A stretch of DNA of 64,000 nucleotides. Source: an uncultured Chloroflexia bacterium (GTDB taxonomy: Bacteria; Chloroflexota; Limnocylindria; Limnocylindrales; CSP1-4). Of the stretch, positions 1 through 9,471 are shown piece by piece. Every line of letters begins with the position of its first letter. Positions within the stretch are counted from its first letter, which is position 1. The stretch lies in NCBI GenBank assembly GCA_963813535.1, contig CAWEZH010000002.1:736001-800000 (forward strand). Reading direction: 5' to 3'. A model generated the notes under the pieces. That model was not told the DNA's origin. It did no database searches and was given only the letters and a program-made list of their open reading frames with translations. The position numbers and the translations under genes were made by a program.

Positions 1-681
1 AACTTCCAGCGGGTCACGGAGCTGATCGACGAGGGCATCGACCCGCTCGCGTTTCGCTACCTCGTCCTGACCTCACGCTACGGCCACAAGCTGAACTACT
101 CCGACGAGTCGATCGGCGCCGCGTCGTCCGCATTGGCGTCGCTCCGCGGCCGGCTCGCGGCCTTGGGTCCGCCACCCGAGACCGGGCCCTGGACGGCGCC
201 CGCCGTCCTGACCGCGGGGTCGGCCGGCGACCGGCCGGCGGGCTCGGCGAGCGGGCCGAGCGGCTTCGGCGGCGCGGACTACGTGCGCGCCGATCGAGCC
301 CACGCGCCGTCCGCCCGGCTGTCGACCGACGGTAGCGCGTTCCACGATCGATTCGTGGACGCGCTCGACGACGATCTCGATCTTCCCGCTGCGCTCGTGA
401 CGATCCGCGAGGTCCTGCGAGCCGACCTGCCCGCCGATGAGCGCCGCTGGCTCGTCCTGGACGCGGACGCCGTGCTCGGACTCGATCTCCATCGCGTCTG
501 GGAAACCTCGGACGACGTCGTCGAGGTGCCGGCCGAGGTCAGCGCCCTCGTCGCCGAGCGTGACGGCGCGCGACGAGCGCACGACTACGCCCGGGCTGAT
601 GCCCTTCGGGACGAGATCGGGGCGGCGGGCTTCGACGTCATCGACGACGCCTCGGGTTCGACCGTCCGTCCGCGCCGCTAG
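1..681 (+). CDS. cysS: Cysteine--tRNA ligase, C-terminal part (5' truncated by window)
   Basis: Frame 1 reads NFQRVTELIDEGIDPLAFRYLVLTSRYGHKLNYS; DALR-type segment FVDALDDDLDLPAAL; C-terminal ERDGARRAHDYARADALRDEI..G..VID. Confidence 0.93.
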   Translation, partial: NFQRVTELIDEGIDPLAFRYLVLTSRYGHKLNYSDESIGAASSALASLRGRLAALGPPPETGPWTAPAVLTAGSAGDRPAGSASGPSGFGGADYVRADRAHAPSARLSTDGSAFHDRFVDALDDDLDLPAALVTIREVLRADLPADERRWLVLDADAVLGLDLHRVWETSDDVVEVPAEVSALVAERDGARRAHDYARADALRDEIGAAGFDVIDDASGSTVRPRR

Positions 682-1031
682 GCGCCCCACCAGTACCGGA
701 TGTTCCGACCGTCGTCGCGCTTCCATGCGATCGCGGCCCGAGCCAGGTCCCGCCACGCGTCGTCTTCGGTCGTGCCCCGTCCCTCCAGGAGGGTCCGGCC
801 ACCGTCGACGAGGCCGACGGCCACGATGTGCGCCGGCGGACCGGCGTCGACCGACTCGACCAGGATGCCGACGCCGAGGAGTTCGGCCAGTTGTGCGATC
901 GCGCCGGGGCCGGGCGGCGGGATCCGGCGTCGGGTCGCTGCGCGCCGCGACCGAGCCACCGGCCGGATCGCCAGCAGGATGACCACGGCCACGATCGCGA
1001 CGACGATCGGCACCGAGGCATCGTTGATCAC
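678..1031 (-). CDS. Hypothetical protein with N-terminal membrane anchor
   Basis: Hydrophobic N-terminus VPIVVAIVAVVILLAI; start overlaps the stop of the upstream glycosyltransferase. Confidence 0.65.
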   Translation of the reverse strand: MINDASVPIVVAIVAVVILLAIRPVARSRRAATRRRIPPPGPGAIAQLAELLGVGILVESVDAGPPAHIVAVGLVDGGRTLLEGRGTTEDDAWRDLARAAIAWKRDDGRNIRYWWGA

Positions 1032-1996
1032 GTCCCGTCTCGCTCGCTGACCAGGAGGTCGCGCCGCGACCCGAACCGGTCGATGATCCGGTAGAAGTTG
1101 CGCTTCGACTGCCGCGTCCGTTCCTCGTCGGGCAGGCTCGCCCAGCCGCGATGCTCGTGGCGGACGGCCGGGACGTCGGGAACGCGGACGGCACGCCGAG
1201 ACGTGCTCCCCTCCCCTTCATCGCGAAGGGCGAGGCTCCACCAGATGTCGAGGTTCCGGTAGAAACGGAACCGCTCGTCCAGTGGGCCCCGGTCGGCGGC
1301 GTCTGCCCGGCGGAAGGCCATGAGGTATCCCTCGATCGCATCGACGTCGCCCGCCGGCGCGTCCTCGAACGTGCGGAGATCGCGCGAGGTGATGCCCCAG
1401 CCGCCGGCAACAGCGACGGACTGGTCGTCCAGGGCCCGAGCCAGCGGCGTGATGACGTCGCCGGTCGGTTCCACGCTCGTGTCCATCAGCACGACCATCG
1501 GAGCACTCGCCCGACGGATACCGATGTTCGTTGCAGCGCCCTGTCCGAGCCGCTCGGTGGTCCACGTGACGTCGACATCGTCGGTGTCGCGATCGAGGGC
1601 CTCGAGCGCCGCGGCCTGCTCATCCGAGGGAGCGTCCGCGACGACGACGATGGACGTACCCGCAGGCGATGTCGCGCGGACCGCATCCACCGCCCGCTGG
1701 ACATCCGACGGCCAGTCCGTGGCCACCAGGAGCACGCTGGCCACGCCGACCGGCGGCTCCTCGAGACGTGATGGCACGTTGCGCGACGCCCCGAAACGGA
1801 GCCGGCTCCCCTCCTCCACGTCCGGTGGAGCGGCGGGTGACAGCGCGAAGTCCGTGCCACGGTCGACGACCGTCCAGCCGGCGGACTCGATCTCGGCACG
1901 GAGGCGGTCGGCCGTCGCCCAGTCGCGCTCGGCGCGTGCCTTCGCTCGCTCGTGCGCGGCCGTGAGGACCTCCTCCGGGATCCGCTGGCGCGTCAT
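1028..1996 (-). CDS. GT2-like glycosyltransferase with N-terminal CysRS C-terminal-like domain
   Basis: SVLLVA..., IVVVAD, LGQGAATNIG, VVLMDTS, GYLMAFRR, LDERFRFY motifs; first ~45 aa resemble the CysRS C-terminus. Confidence 0.8.
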   Translation of the reverse strand: MTRQRIPEEVLTAAHERAKARAERDWATADRLRAEIESAGWTVVDRGTDFALSPAAPPDVEEGSRLRFGASRNVPSRLEEPPVGVASVLLVATDWPSDVQRAVDAVRATSPAGTSIVVVADAPSDEQAAALEALDRDTDDVDVTWTTERLGQGAATNIGIRRASAPMVVLMDTSVEPTGDVITPLARALDDQSVAVAGGWGITSRDLRTFEDAPAGDVDAIEGYLMAFRRADAADRGPLDERFRFYRNLDIWWSLALRDEGEGSTSRRAVRVPDVPAVRHEHRGWASLPDEERTRQSKRNFYRIIDRFGSRRDLLVSERDGT

Positions 1997-2014
1997 GGGC
2001 GCGTGATCGTCGCG

Positions 2015-2719
2015 TCAGCCGCTTCGACGCGCGAGGGTGAGGTAGTAGAGCAGCGTCAGGATCGCCGTCACGGCGGCGGCAAGGTAGGTCAGGGCTGCCG
2101 CCGTCAGCATCGACTTGGCCCCATCCCGCTCTTGAGGAGTCGTGATGACACCCGTCGATCCCAGCATCGCCAGCGCCTTCTGGCTCGCCTGGATCTCGAC
2201 GGGAAGGGTCAGGACGGAGAACAGCACCGCAAGCCCGAACAGCAGGATGCCGAGCGTCAGCAGCCCGGTCATGTTCAGGATGATCCCGCCGATGATGAAG
2301 ATGTAGGCCACGCTGGGGCCGACGCTGACGGCCGGGACGAGCACCGAGCGGAGCTGCATCAACGCGCTGCCCTCGGCGACCTGCGCCGCATGGCCCACCT
2401 CGTGAGCGGCGATGGCCATGGCCGCGACCGACGGCTGCGTCGCGACCGCTTGCGAGAGGCCGAGTGACCGGTCGCGCGGATCGTAATGGTCCGATAGCTC
2501 GCCGGGCACGACCTTGATCTCCGTGATCGCCTCGGTGCCCGGCCTGTCGCCGAACGTCGCGTGCGAGCGCAGGTGCGCGGCGACCTCGGCACCGGTCAGG
2601 CCGGCTGCGTTCGGGACTCGGCTCCACCGCCCGTACGTCGAGCGGATGTAGAGCTGCGCGCCGCCCGAGATGACGAGCGTCGCGATGATGACCAGGAGGT
2701 AGAGCGGATCGAAGAACAC
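2015..2719 (-). CDS. Membrane zinc metallopeptidase (YugP/Zn_peptidase_2 family)
   Basis: LSDHYDP, AAHEVGHA (HExxH), TLPVE..AS, L.AAALTY; GGAG upstream of GTG. Confidence 0.9.
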   Translation of the reverse strand: MFFDPLYLLVIIATLVISGGAQLYIRSTYGRWSRVPNAAGLTGAEVAAHLRSHATFGDRPGTEAITEIKVVPGELSDHYDPRDRSLGLSQAVATQPSVAAMAIAAHEVGHAAQVAEGSALMQLRSVLVPAVSVGPSVAYIFIIGGIILNMTGLLTLGILLFGLAVLFSVLTLPVEIQASQKALAMLGSTGVITTPQERDGAKSMLTAAALTYLAAAVTAILTLLYYLTLARRSG

Positions 2720-2850
2720 GGGAGACTCCAGGGTGTGTGGCGATGCTCACATCGTATGACGTCGTTCGTGAAGCATCGATAGCGGCAATATCAAGAACAT
2801 CCAACTATCGCGGATGCGACGTTCGCGGTCGACTCCCGAGGGATGGGCGG

Positions 2851-3069
2851 TCAATCCGGTGGCTGCTCCCCTGCGGCGACCTTGGCCACGATCCAGCGGA
2901 TACCGTCCTCCCACGAGTCGGCGCTCGGTTCGAGTCCGCGCCGGTCCGCCTCCGCTTCCCAGGCGTCGCACCAGCGACTGACGGCGAAGCCAGGGACCTG
3001 CATCGACAGCAGGCGGGCCTTCGTGAGCATCCGCAGGGCCGTCTCGAGTCGATCCTGACCGTCCGACAT
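2851..3069 (-). CDS. Small hypothetical protein (72 aa)
   Basis: MSDGQDRLETALRMLTKARL...; TACCAT -10-like hexamer 7 nt before the ATG. Confidence 0.55.
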   Translation of the reverse strand: MSDGQDRLETALRMLTKARLLSMQVPGFAVSRWCDAWEAEADRRGLEPSADSWEDGIRWIVAKVAAGEQPPD

Positions 3070-3131
3070 CCCAGCGATGGTACGTCGAGGCGTTAGGCTC
3101 GGCGGAGGCTCATGGCGTTGAAGGAGGGACG

Positions 3132-3593
3132 ATGAACGCCGTCGACATGCTGATGTACGGCCAGCGAACCGTCCGAGCGACGATCGACCGGTATGGACCG
3201 GCCGATTGGGATCGGATCGCGCTGGGCGTATGGACCGCCAAGGACCTGCTCGGTCATCTCGGGGCGTTCGAGGTCCGTTTCGCGGACCAGCTGGCCCCAT
3301 TCGTCGGTGCACCGACCGAGAGCGAGCTGCCGTCGGCCGACCCGAGCACGTTCAACGACGACCAGGCGGCGATCCGCAAGGATTGGCCGGTGGCCGAGGT
3401 CCTCGCCGAGTTCCTCGATGCACACGAACGCGTCATGCGCCACGCGCGAGGCATCGAGCCCGAGGTGTGGCGGCAGGTCGGGACCATCCCGTGGTACGGC
3501 CCCGACTACTCCCTCGACGATCTTCTCGTCTACCAGATGTACGGCCACAAGCGGGAGCACGATCCACAGTTGAGCGCCGCGCTCGAGCGCTGA
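3132..3593 (+). CDS. DinB / maleylpyruvate-isomerase N-terminal-like protein
   Basis: WTAKDLLGHL and C-terminal HKREH; strong RBS AAGGAGG. Confidence 0.85.
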   Translation: MNAVDMLMYGQRTVRATIDRYGPADWDRIALGVWTAKDLLGHLGAFEVRFADQLAPFVGAPTESELPSADPSTFNDDQAAIRKDWPVAEVLAEFLDAHERVMRHARGIEPEVWRQVGTIPWYGPDYSLDDLLVYQMYGHKREHDPQLSAALER

Positions 3594-3611
3594 AGAGGTC
3601 GACGGCCGGGA

Positions 3612-4064
3612 CTAGGTCGTGACCGGTGCCCCTGGGACCTGACCGGCCTCCAGGCGCGCGAGCGCGTCGATGATGGCCCTGGACACATCGGGAGTCGCCG
3701 CGGCCGGCAGATCGAGGCGGATCGCCGCGGATTCGGTGAGCATCGGGTTGTAGGCGCCGGCGTTTCCCGCAAGCGTGCGGAAATCGGTGCGGACGAGGAC
3801 GACGGGCTTCTTGCACCCGAACGCGTAGCCGACCTCCCAGCACGTGCCGGAATCCGGATCCGGGCCATCCATGATCGCCACCAGGCCGTCGGCCCAGTCG
3901 ATGCCGCCGACGTCGACGGCGAAGATGCCCGCGGCGTCCTTGCCGGGCTCCTGCTCCTGCGGCAGGAAGATCTCATGGCCCGCGTCACGCAGGGCGGCCA
4001 CGACCTCCGCATTCCAGGCTCGCTCGGGGGTCGTGAACAGCGGACCGGCGAAGTACAGCTTCAT
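3612..4064 (-). CDS. Nucleoside 2-deoxyribosyltransferase family protein
   Basis: LYFAGPLF, FLPQE, DSGTCWEVGYA, TDFR, YNPML. Confidence 0.9.
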   Translation of the reverse strand: MKLYFAGPLFTTPERAWNAEVVAALRDAGHEIFLPQEQEPGKDAAGIFAVDVGGIDWADGLVAIMDGPDPDSGTCWEVGYAFGCKKPVVLVRTDFRTLAGNAGAYNPMLTESAAIRLDLPAAATPDVSRAIIDALARLEAGQVPGAPVTT

Positions 4065-4105
4065 GTCCCGAGTATCGCGGAGGGGATGTCGGCCCGCTGG
4101 GCCGC

Positions 4106-4775
4106 TCAGGCTCCTCCGAGTCGGTCCCGCAGGAAGGCGACCGTCCGCTCGAACGCGAGCTCCGCGGCTTCGGGCTTGTATGCGTCGCGCGACGGCTCGG
4201 CGAACCAGTGCCCGGTGCCCGGATAGCGGTACGTCGTGATCTCACGACCCGCGTCGCGGAACCCCGCCTCGAGCTGGCTCACCTCGTCGTCCGTCGTGAA
4301 CGGATCCTCCTCGGCGAAGTGGCCGATGAGCGGCGCCTTCGACCGCTTGAGGAAGTCGTCGGCCCAGGCGCCGTAGTAGACGACCGTCGCGATGACCCGG
4401 TCCCGCTCTGATGGAGCCCAGATCGCGTACGCGGCACCGAACGACCAGCCGAGCGTGGCCAGCGGCGCGTCCGGCCCGAGCTCCTCGGCGAAGCCGATCC
4501 ACGGCGGCGAACGAGATGGAATCGGCGCCACCGGCGTCGCCCTCAGCCGAGAGCCGTTCGGCGTCCTCGACCTCGGTGGCGACCTGGCCGCGGAACATGT
4601 CCGGTGCGATCACGGCGAACCCGGCGTCCGCCAGACGATCCGCGTAGGCGATCACGTCGTCGTTCAGGCCCCACCACGCGTGCAGGACGACGACGCCGGC
4701 GCGTGCCCCGTCGGGGATCCGCAGGTATGCACGCGCCGTCGTGTCGCCGACGGCGATCTGGGTGAAGTCGGTCAT
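4106..4775 (-). CDS. Dienelactone hydrolase family protein, apparent frameshift near 4491
   Basis: HAWWGLN, APDMF in the 5' ORF; GWSFG, YYG, YPGTGHWF in the 3' ORF; removing one base joins them. Confidence 0.85.
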
Positions 4776-4792
4776 GGCGCTCCTCGGTGGAC

Positions 4793-5549
4793 CTACGGTC
4801 TGGACGGAAGTGCTGGCAAACCGCTGGGCGTCTGATCGGGGGATGCAGGGCCATGGGCGCCCTCCGCATCCTCCGGCACGCTCGGCGCCGATACGGCGCG
4901 GTCCTCTGCCAGCGCCAGCTGGCCGCGTGGTGACAGGGCGTAGACGCCACGGCCCACGCGTTCGAACCAGCCGTAGACGTTGGTCTGGAGGATGCGGGCG
5001 GCGTGCGGCACGTCACCGCGCCCGGCGGATGTCGCGGATCGGGGCTTGACCGGCCTCGAGCCGTGCGGCACAACGGAGCGCCTCCTGCCGATACGCGGTC
5101 ATGATCGGGCGGCGGACCGAGCCACCGACGCTCGGATCGCCGACCCGCCGCCGATGCTCGTCGAGGAGCCGACCGGCTCGGCGTCGGTTCTTGCGAGGCG
5201 CATACGGCAGTGGGTCGAGCAGGACCTCGGCACGGCCGTGCGTGACAACGATGAGACCGAGACCCACGCGCCGGCACAGCCGACGCACGTTGGCGAGCCG
5301 ACGTGGCCAGGCGCCGACGGCGAGGTACACGGCATCGGTGAGGGCCAGCCGGTCGATGCCTTGGATGACCAGGTCGAGTCCGAACTTCCGCTTCAGTTCG
5401 ACGATGACCGGCGGTTCGTCACCACGGACCGCGACGACGTCGCAGCCGACGATCTCACCCTTGACGTCGTATCCCTGGGCTTCGAGCAGTGCCTTCACCG
5501 GCCCGTACAGCTCGACTTCCGGCGGGGACGCGGATCGCGGCGAGCTCAC
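4793..5549 (-). CDS. DUF2161-type putative PD-(D/E)XK protein, apparent frameshift near 5018
   Basis: ELYGPVKALLE.QGYDVKGE..CDVVA, VELK, MTAYRQEAL, then ILQTNVYGWFERV.RGVY in another frame. Confidence 0.85.
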
Positions 5550-5606
5550 GCGGTAACCATGCCACGTCGGGCTGCTGCGAAGTCGAGCGTGAACGACTTG
5601 GTCCGA

Positions 5607-6209
5607 TCACCCGACGAGCACGGACCTGTCCCTGGGCTGTCGGCCGATGTAGGCCAGGAACCGGTCCTCAGGGCCGGCGTCACCGGAGACGGCGATCTCG
5701 GGCGGGAAGATCCCCATCTTTCGAAGGAGGTCGCCATTCTGCGTCGCGATCGCGTGGATCGCGTGGATCGTCTCGTCGGGCACATTCGGCTCGAGGCCGG
5801 TCAGAGCCGCGGCATCGTAGAGGGCCATCGTCCGGTTGAGCGAGATGTCGGACAGGTAGCCACTGGCTGGGACGTCCGCGTATGACATGTGGACGGTCCG
5901 ATCGAGATCGGCGTGGGCACGGACGGATGCGTTGGCCTCGGAGGCGAGGCGCTCATAGTTGCCTGCCAGATCGTTGCCGAGCAGGTCGCCATCGAACTCC
6001 GGGTTCGTCGTCAGTCCCGTCTCGCCTGCGAGCACCTTCGGGACGCACAGGTTCTCGTAGGCCATCAGGTTCAGTGAGGTGCGAAGCGTCTGGCCGTCGT
6101 GGAAGCGCGAATACGAAGCAACTGGGAGCGCCAGATGTTCCGGCCGGACGCGCAGGACCAGGTCGGTCAGGGCGCTGTTCGCGGCGAGGAAGGTGTCTTT
6201 GATGTCCAT
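5607..6209 (-). CDS. TIGR03086-like / DinB-superfamily protein
   Basis: MDIKDTFLAANSAL..., TLRTSLNLM, C-terminal DA.PEDRFLAYIGR. Confidence 0.7.
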   Translation of the reverse strand: MDIKDTFLAANSALTDLVLRVRPEHLALPVASYSRFHDGQTLRTSLNLMAYENLCVPKVLAGETGLTTNPEFDGDLLGNDLAGNYERLASEANASVRAHADLDRTVHMSYADVPASGYLSDISLNRTMALYDAAALTGLEPNVPDETIHAIHAIATQNGDLLRKMGIFPPEIAVSGDAGPEDRFLAYIGRQPRDRSVLVG

Positions 6210-6289
6210 CGTCGTAGCGTGATGGTCGCACCGTTGCGGGCGCATAAAGCGGATCACGGATCGGTCGATGACGACGCCTGCCTCGGGTG

Positions 6290-6365
6290 TGGCGCCCCCG
6301 GACGGATTCGAACCGCCGACGCAGGCCTTAGGACGGCCTCGCTCTATCCACTGAGCTACGGGGGC
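6290..6365 (-). tRNA. tRNA-Arg (anticodon CCT)
   Basis: GCCCCCGTAGCTCAGTGGATAGAGC-G-AGGCC-GTCCTAA-GGCCT...GGTTCGAATCC...GGGGGCGCCA; full cloverleaf with encoded CCA. Confidence 0.96.
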
Positions 6366-6523
6366 GTGGTCGACATCGTACTCCGAGGGATTCGTGGCGA
6401 CTGGGTCTCCCGCGAGATGGTCGCCCACGTCCGATCCTGGCCATACGTGCATGAGGCACACCTTGGGGCCGGTTTCATGCCGATGACGCCCCATCGGACC
6501 GCATCCATGGAGCGATCCGTGCA

Positions 6524-6740
6524 GGGCTGAGCGTGAAACCGACCCCGACCCCGGCGCGAAATCAGCCGCTACGGGCGGCCGAAGGTGCACAGGGTGCACG
6601 CAAGGCACAACCGGGCTGGGCCGGGGCCTCGGCACAGGGCTCCCTCGGGGCGCCGGAACTGCCCTGACCAAACGGGGAACCGCCACGCCACGCCCGCCGT
6701 CACCAACCCAAGCCGTCGCGCCTCCCTGCGACGGCTTGCT
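6524..6740 (+). ncRNA. Putative structured non-coding RNA or leader of unknown family
   Basis: Nested complementary segments and a terminal 12-bp hairpin in an intergenic region with no convincing ORF; strand uncertain. Confidence 0.35.
6709..6738. terminator. Terminator-like hairpin
   Basis: caagccgtcgcg / tgcgacggcttg stem with 6-nt loop; weak U-tail. Confidence 0.55.
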
Positions 6741-6768
6741 CTCATCCGGGTCCAGAGGCGCTCGCCCC

Positions 6769-6774
6769 TACAAT
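6769..6774 (+). promoter_or_regulatory. -10 element for the glutaredoxin-ccdA-TlpA operon
   Basis: TACAAT 10 nt before ATG 6785. Confidence 0.55.
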
Positions 6775-6784
6775 CAGGCACACG

Positions 6785-7084
6785 ATGGCCGACACTCCCC
6801 TCCCCGATCTCATCCTGTACGGCCGTCCCGAGTGCTCCCTGTGCGATGAGGCTCGCGCGCTCCTCCACGCGATCCTCGACGAGCGCGCGCGCAACGGCCT
6901 GTCGACGCCGACCATGATCGAGCTCGACATCGAGGCCGACGACGAGCTCCAGCGGGCCTTCTTTGCGACGATCCCGGTCGTGGAGCTTGGCGATCGCCGC
7001 CTCGAGCTCGCGACGAGCGCGGCCAAGCTCCGACGACTCCTCGCCGAGGTCCTGGACGGGAGCCCGCAGACCGCCTCCGCATGA
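6785..7084 (+). CDS. Glutaredoxin-like protein (DUF836)
   Basis: LYGRPECSLCDEA, ELDIE.D.EL, TIPVV. Confidence 0.85.
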   Translation: MADTPLPDLILYGRPECSLCDEARALLHAILDERARNGLSTPTMIELDIEADDELQRAFFATIPVVELGDRRLELATSAAKLRRLLAEVLDGSPQTASA

Positions 7085-7905
7085 CCGCCGGAACCGACCT
7101 CACCATCCTCGTCGCGCTCGCGGCCGGCCTCATCAGCTTCCTCTCGCCGTGCGTCCTGCCGCTGGTGCCGGCGTATCTCGGTCAACTCAGCGCGATCGCC
7201 GTCGCAGGAGCGGAGACACCGCGACCGGACCGCTGGCTGGCCATCCGCCACGCCGTCGCGTTCGTGGTCGGCTTCACGGCGGTGTTCACGCTGCTCGGCA
7301 TCACGGCGACGTACCTCGCCCAAGGGCTCGTCGACATCCTGCCCCTGCTCCGTGTGGTCGGTGGCGTGATCCTCATCGTCATGGGTCTGAGCCTGGCGGG
7401 CATCCTGCGGATCCCTGCCCTCGAGCGAACGTGGCGACCGCTCGATGCGGGCGCCGCCGGCAGCCTCGCCACGGCGACGGGCTCGATCGCGCTGTCGACC
7501 GGCGGGCCCGATGCGCGCCCGACGCTCGGCGACCGGCTCGGCGGTCGGTTGGTCGGGTCGGGCGGCGGGTTGCTGGCGTCGTTCGGCCTCGGCTCGATCT
7601 TCGCCATCGGCTGGACACCGTGCATCGGGATCATCCTCGGCGGCATCCTGACCATGGCCGCGACGAGCGGCACGGTCACCCAGGGCACGCTGCTCCTGGT
7701 GGCCTATTGCCTCGGCCTGGGCGTGCCGTTCCTGGTCATCGCCCTTGCGTACGACCGCGCCCCGCGCTTGATCCAGCCACTCCTCCGGCACGGACGGACG
7801 GTCTCCCTGATCGGCGGGTTGCTGGTGTCGGCGATCGGTGTGGCGATGGTGCTCGACCTCCTTCGCCTGCTGCCGCGCTATTTCCAGTTCCTGACGGCGA
7901 TCTGA
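7081..7905 (+). CDS. ccdA: Cytochrome c biogenesis protein CcdA
   Basis: SFLSPCVLPLVPAYL and GWTPCIG motifs; multiple TM helices. Confidence 0.92.
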   Translation: MTAGTDLTILVALAAGLISFLSPCVLPLVPAYLGQLSAIAVAGAETPRPDRWLAIRHAVAFVVGFTAVFTLLGITATYLAQGLVDILPLLRVVGGVILIVMGLSLAGILRIPALERTWRPLDAGAAGSLATATGSIALSTGGPDARPTLGDRLGGRLVGSGGGLLASFGLGSIFAIGWTPCIGIILGGILTMAATSGTVTQGTLLLVAYCLGLGVPFLVIALAYDRAPRLIQPLLRHGRTVSLIGGLLVSAIGVAMVLDLLRLLPRYFQFLTAI

Positions 7906-7909
7906 TCCC

Positions 7910-8604
7910 ATGACGATCGAGACCGAGCGGCCGACGTTCACCCACAAGCGCGCCCGCCATGGGCTGATCGGGCCGTTCAGCGGCCGCCAGCTGCTCGCAG
8001 GTGCGATCGCCGTGCTCGTCGTGGCGATCATCGGGGTCGCGGTGACCACGCCGCTCGGCAACACGGCGAATCCGCCCGACCTCGTCGACCCGCTGGCGAC
8101 GCCGTTCATCATCGGCGACGAACCGGCACAGGGCCTCCAGGCGGGCACGACGGCACCCGAGCTCACGATCGACCTCGGCGACGGTAGACCTACCAACTGC
8201 AGGATCTCGACGGCAAGCCGGTCACCCTCGCTGCCCTCCGGGGCAAGGTCGTGTGGCTGAACTTCTTCGCCTCGTGGTGCCCGCCGTGCCAGCAGGAGAC
8301 CCCGATCCTGCGCACGCTGGCGGATGAGTACCGCGATCGCGGTCTCGAGGTCGTCGGCGTCAGCGTCCAGGAGACGACCGCCGCCGACGTGAAGGCGTAC
8401 GCCGATCGATATCGACTCCGCTACACCATCGGCTTCGACGGCTCCGGGCATGTCCTCCGTGAGTACCGCGTCTTCGCCCTGCCGACCCAGTTCTTCATCG
8501 ATGTCGACGGGGTCATCCGGCAGGTCGTCAGCGGTCCCGTCGACGAGCAGGGCGCCAGGGCGCTGATCGAATCGATGCTCAGCGAGGTCCCGGCGGCGTC
8601 CTAG
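7910..8604 (+). CDS. Membrane-anchored TlpA/ResA-like thiol-disulfide oxidoreductase, apparent frameshift near 8187
   Basis: TM segment and TAPEL in the first ORF; LQDLDGKPVTLAALRGKVVWLNFFASWCPPC in the shifted frame. Confidence 0.88.
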
Positions 8605-9467
8605 ATCGGCTCGAAGCGGAACCGGTCGCGATCGCGGGTGATGTGACCGACCGGGTGCGTCCGCTCGTGGGACAGCGCGATGAGCCAGCCCTCGTCGGCG
8701 GCCTGACCGAACAGCTCGGCCTTCTGCGAGACCGAATCGAGCGGGAAATCGTCGAAGGCCGTGACCCAGCGGGGGTTGGCCGCCCATGGCCGCATGAACA
8801 GGTCGCCGAAGAAGACGAGGGTCTTGGCGCCGTCGCCGGTCCCGCGCGCGACGATCGCCTGGTGACCGGTCGAGTGTCCGCCGGTGGGGATGACCGTCAC
8901 GCCCGGAACCAATTCCTTCTCGCCGTCGGTCCAGCCCTGCTCGCCCCAACTCTTGACGAGCTCCAGCTCCGGCTGCACGTACGAGGCGACAAGGCGTGGG
9001 TTGTCACCGAGCGCGACCTCCCACTCGGCCTTCTGGGCGACGACCGTCGCGTGCGGGAACGCGCGCTCGCCATCGGCCCGCAACAGCCCCCCGGCGTGGT
9101 CGAAATGGAGGTGGCTCAGCGCGACGACGTCGACGGTCTCGGGGAGGAACCCGGCCGCCTCGAGCGCCGGCAGGATGGCCGGCCCCTCGTAGACGCGCAT
9201 GGCGCGGGTCTTCTCGTCGACCCGCTCGCCGATGCCGGTCTCGACCAGCACGCGCCCCGATGGCGTCTCGATCAGGAGGCAGTTGAGCGCCTGGAGGAGG
9301 CGGTTCTCCGGGTCGAGCTCGTCGGTCACGAGCTTGTCCCACAGGAGTCGCGGGACCGGTCCGAAGAGCGCCCCGGCGTCGGATCGGAACGTCCCGGCCT
9401 GGATCAGGGCGACGCGCGTGCCACCGCCGAGATCCGCGTGCCAATCGACCGCGTCATTGATCGCCAC
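8601..9467 (-). CDS. MBL-fold metallo-hydrolase (YtnP-like)
   Basis: DAGALFGPVP, SHLHFDHAGG, GGHSTGH, GD, SHE. Confidence 0.9.
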   Translation of the reverse strand: MAINDAVDWHADLGGGTRVALIQAGTFRSDAGALFGPVPRLLWDKLVTDELDPENRLLQALNCLLIETPSGRVLVETGIGERVDEKTRAMRVYEGPAILPALEAAGFLPETVDVVALSHLHFDHAGGLLRADGERAFPHATVVAQKAEWEVALGDNPRLVASYVQPELELVKSWGEQGWTDGEKELVPGVTVIPTGGHSTGHQAIVARGTGDGAKTLVFFGDLFMRPWAANPRWVTAFDDFPLDSVSQKAELFGQAADEGWLIALSHERTHPVGHITRDRDRFRFEPI

Positions 9468-9471
9468 GCGT

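Noticed and set aside
2741-2812. Hairpins and an AT-richer tract upstream of the zinc peptidase
   Set aside because: Consistent with an ordinary promoter (minus-strand TACGAT); no recognisable operator or riboswitch.
6524-6740. Assignment as SRP, 6S, glycine, c-di-AMP or lysine riboswitch RNA
   Set aside because: Only fragments of each consensus are present and the gene context does not fit; left unassigned.
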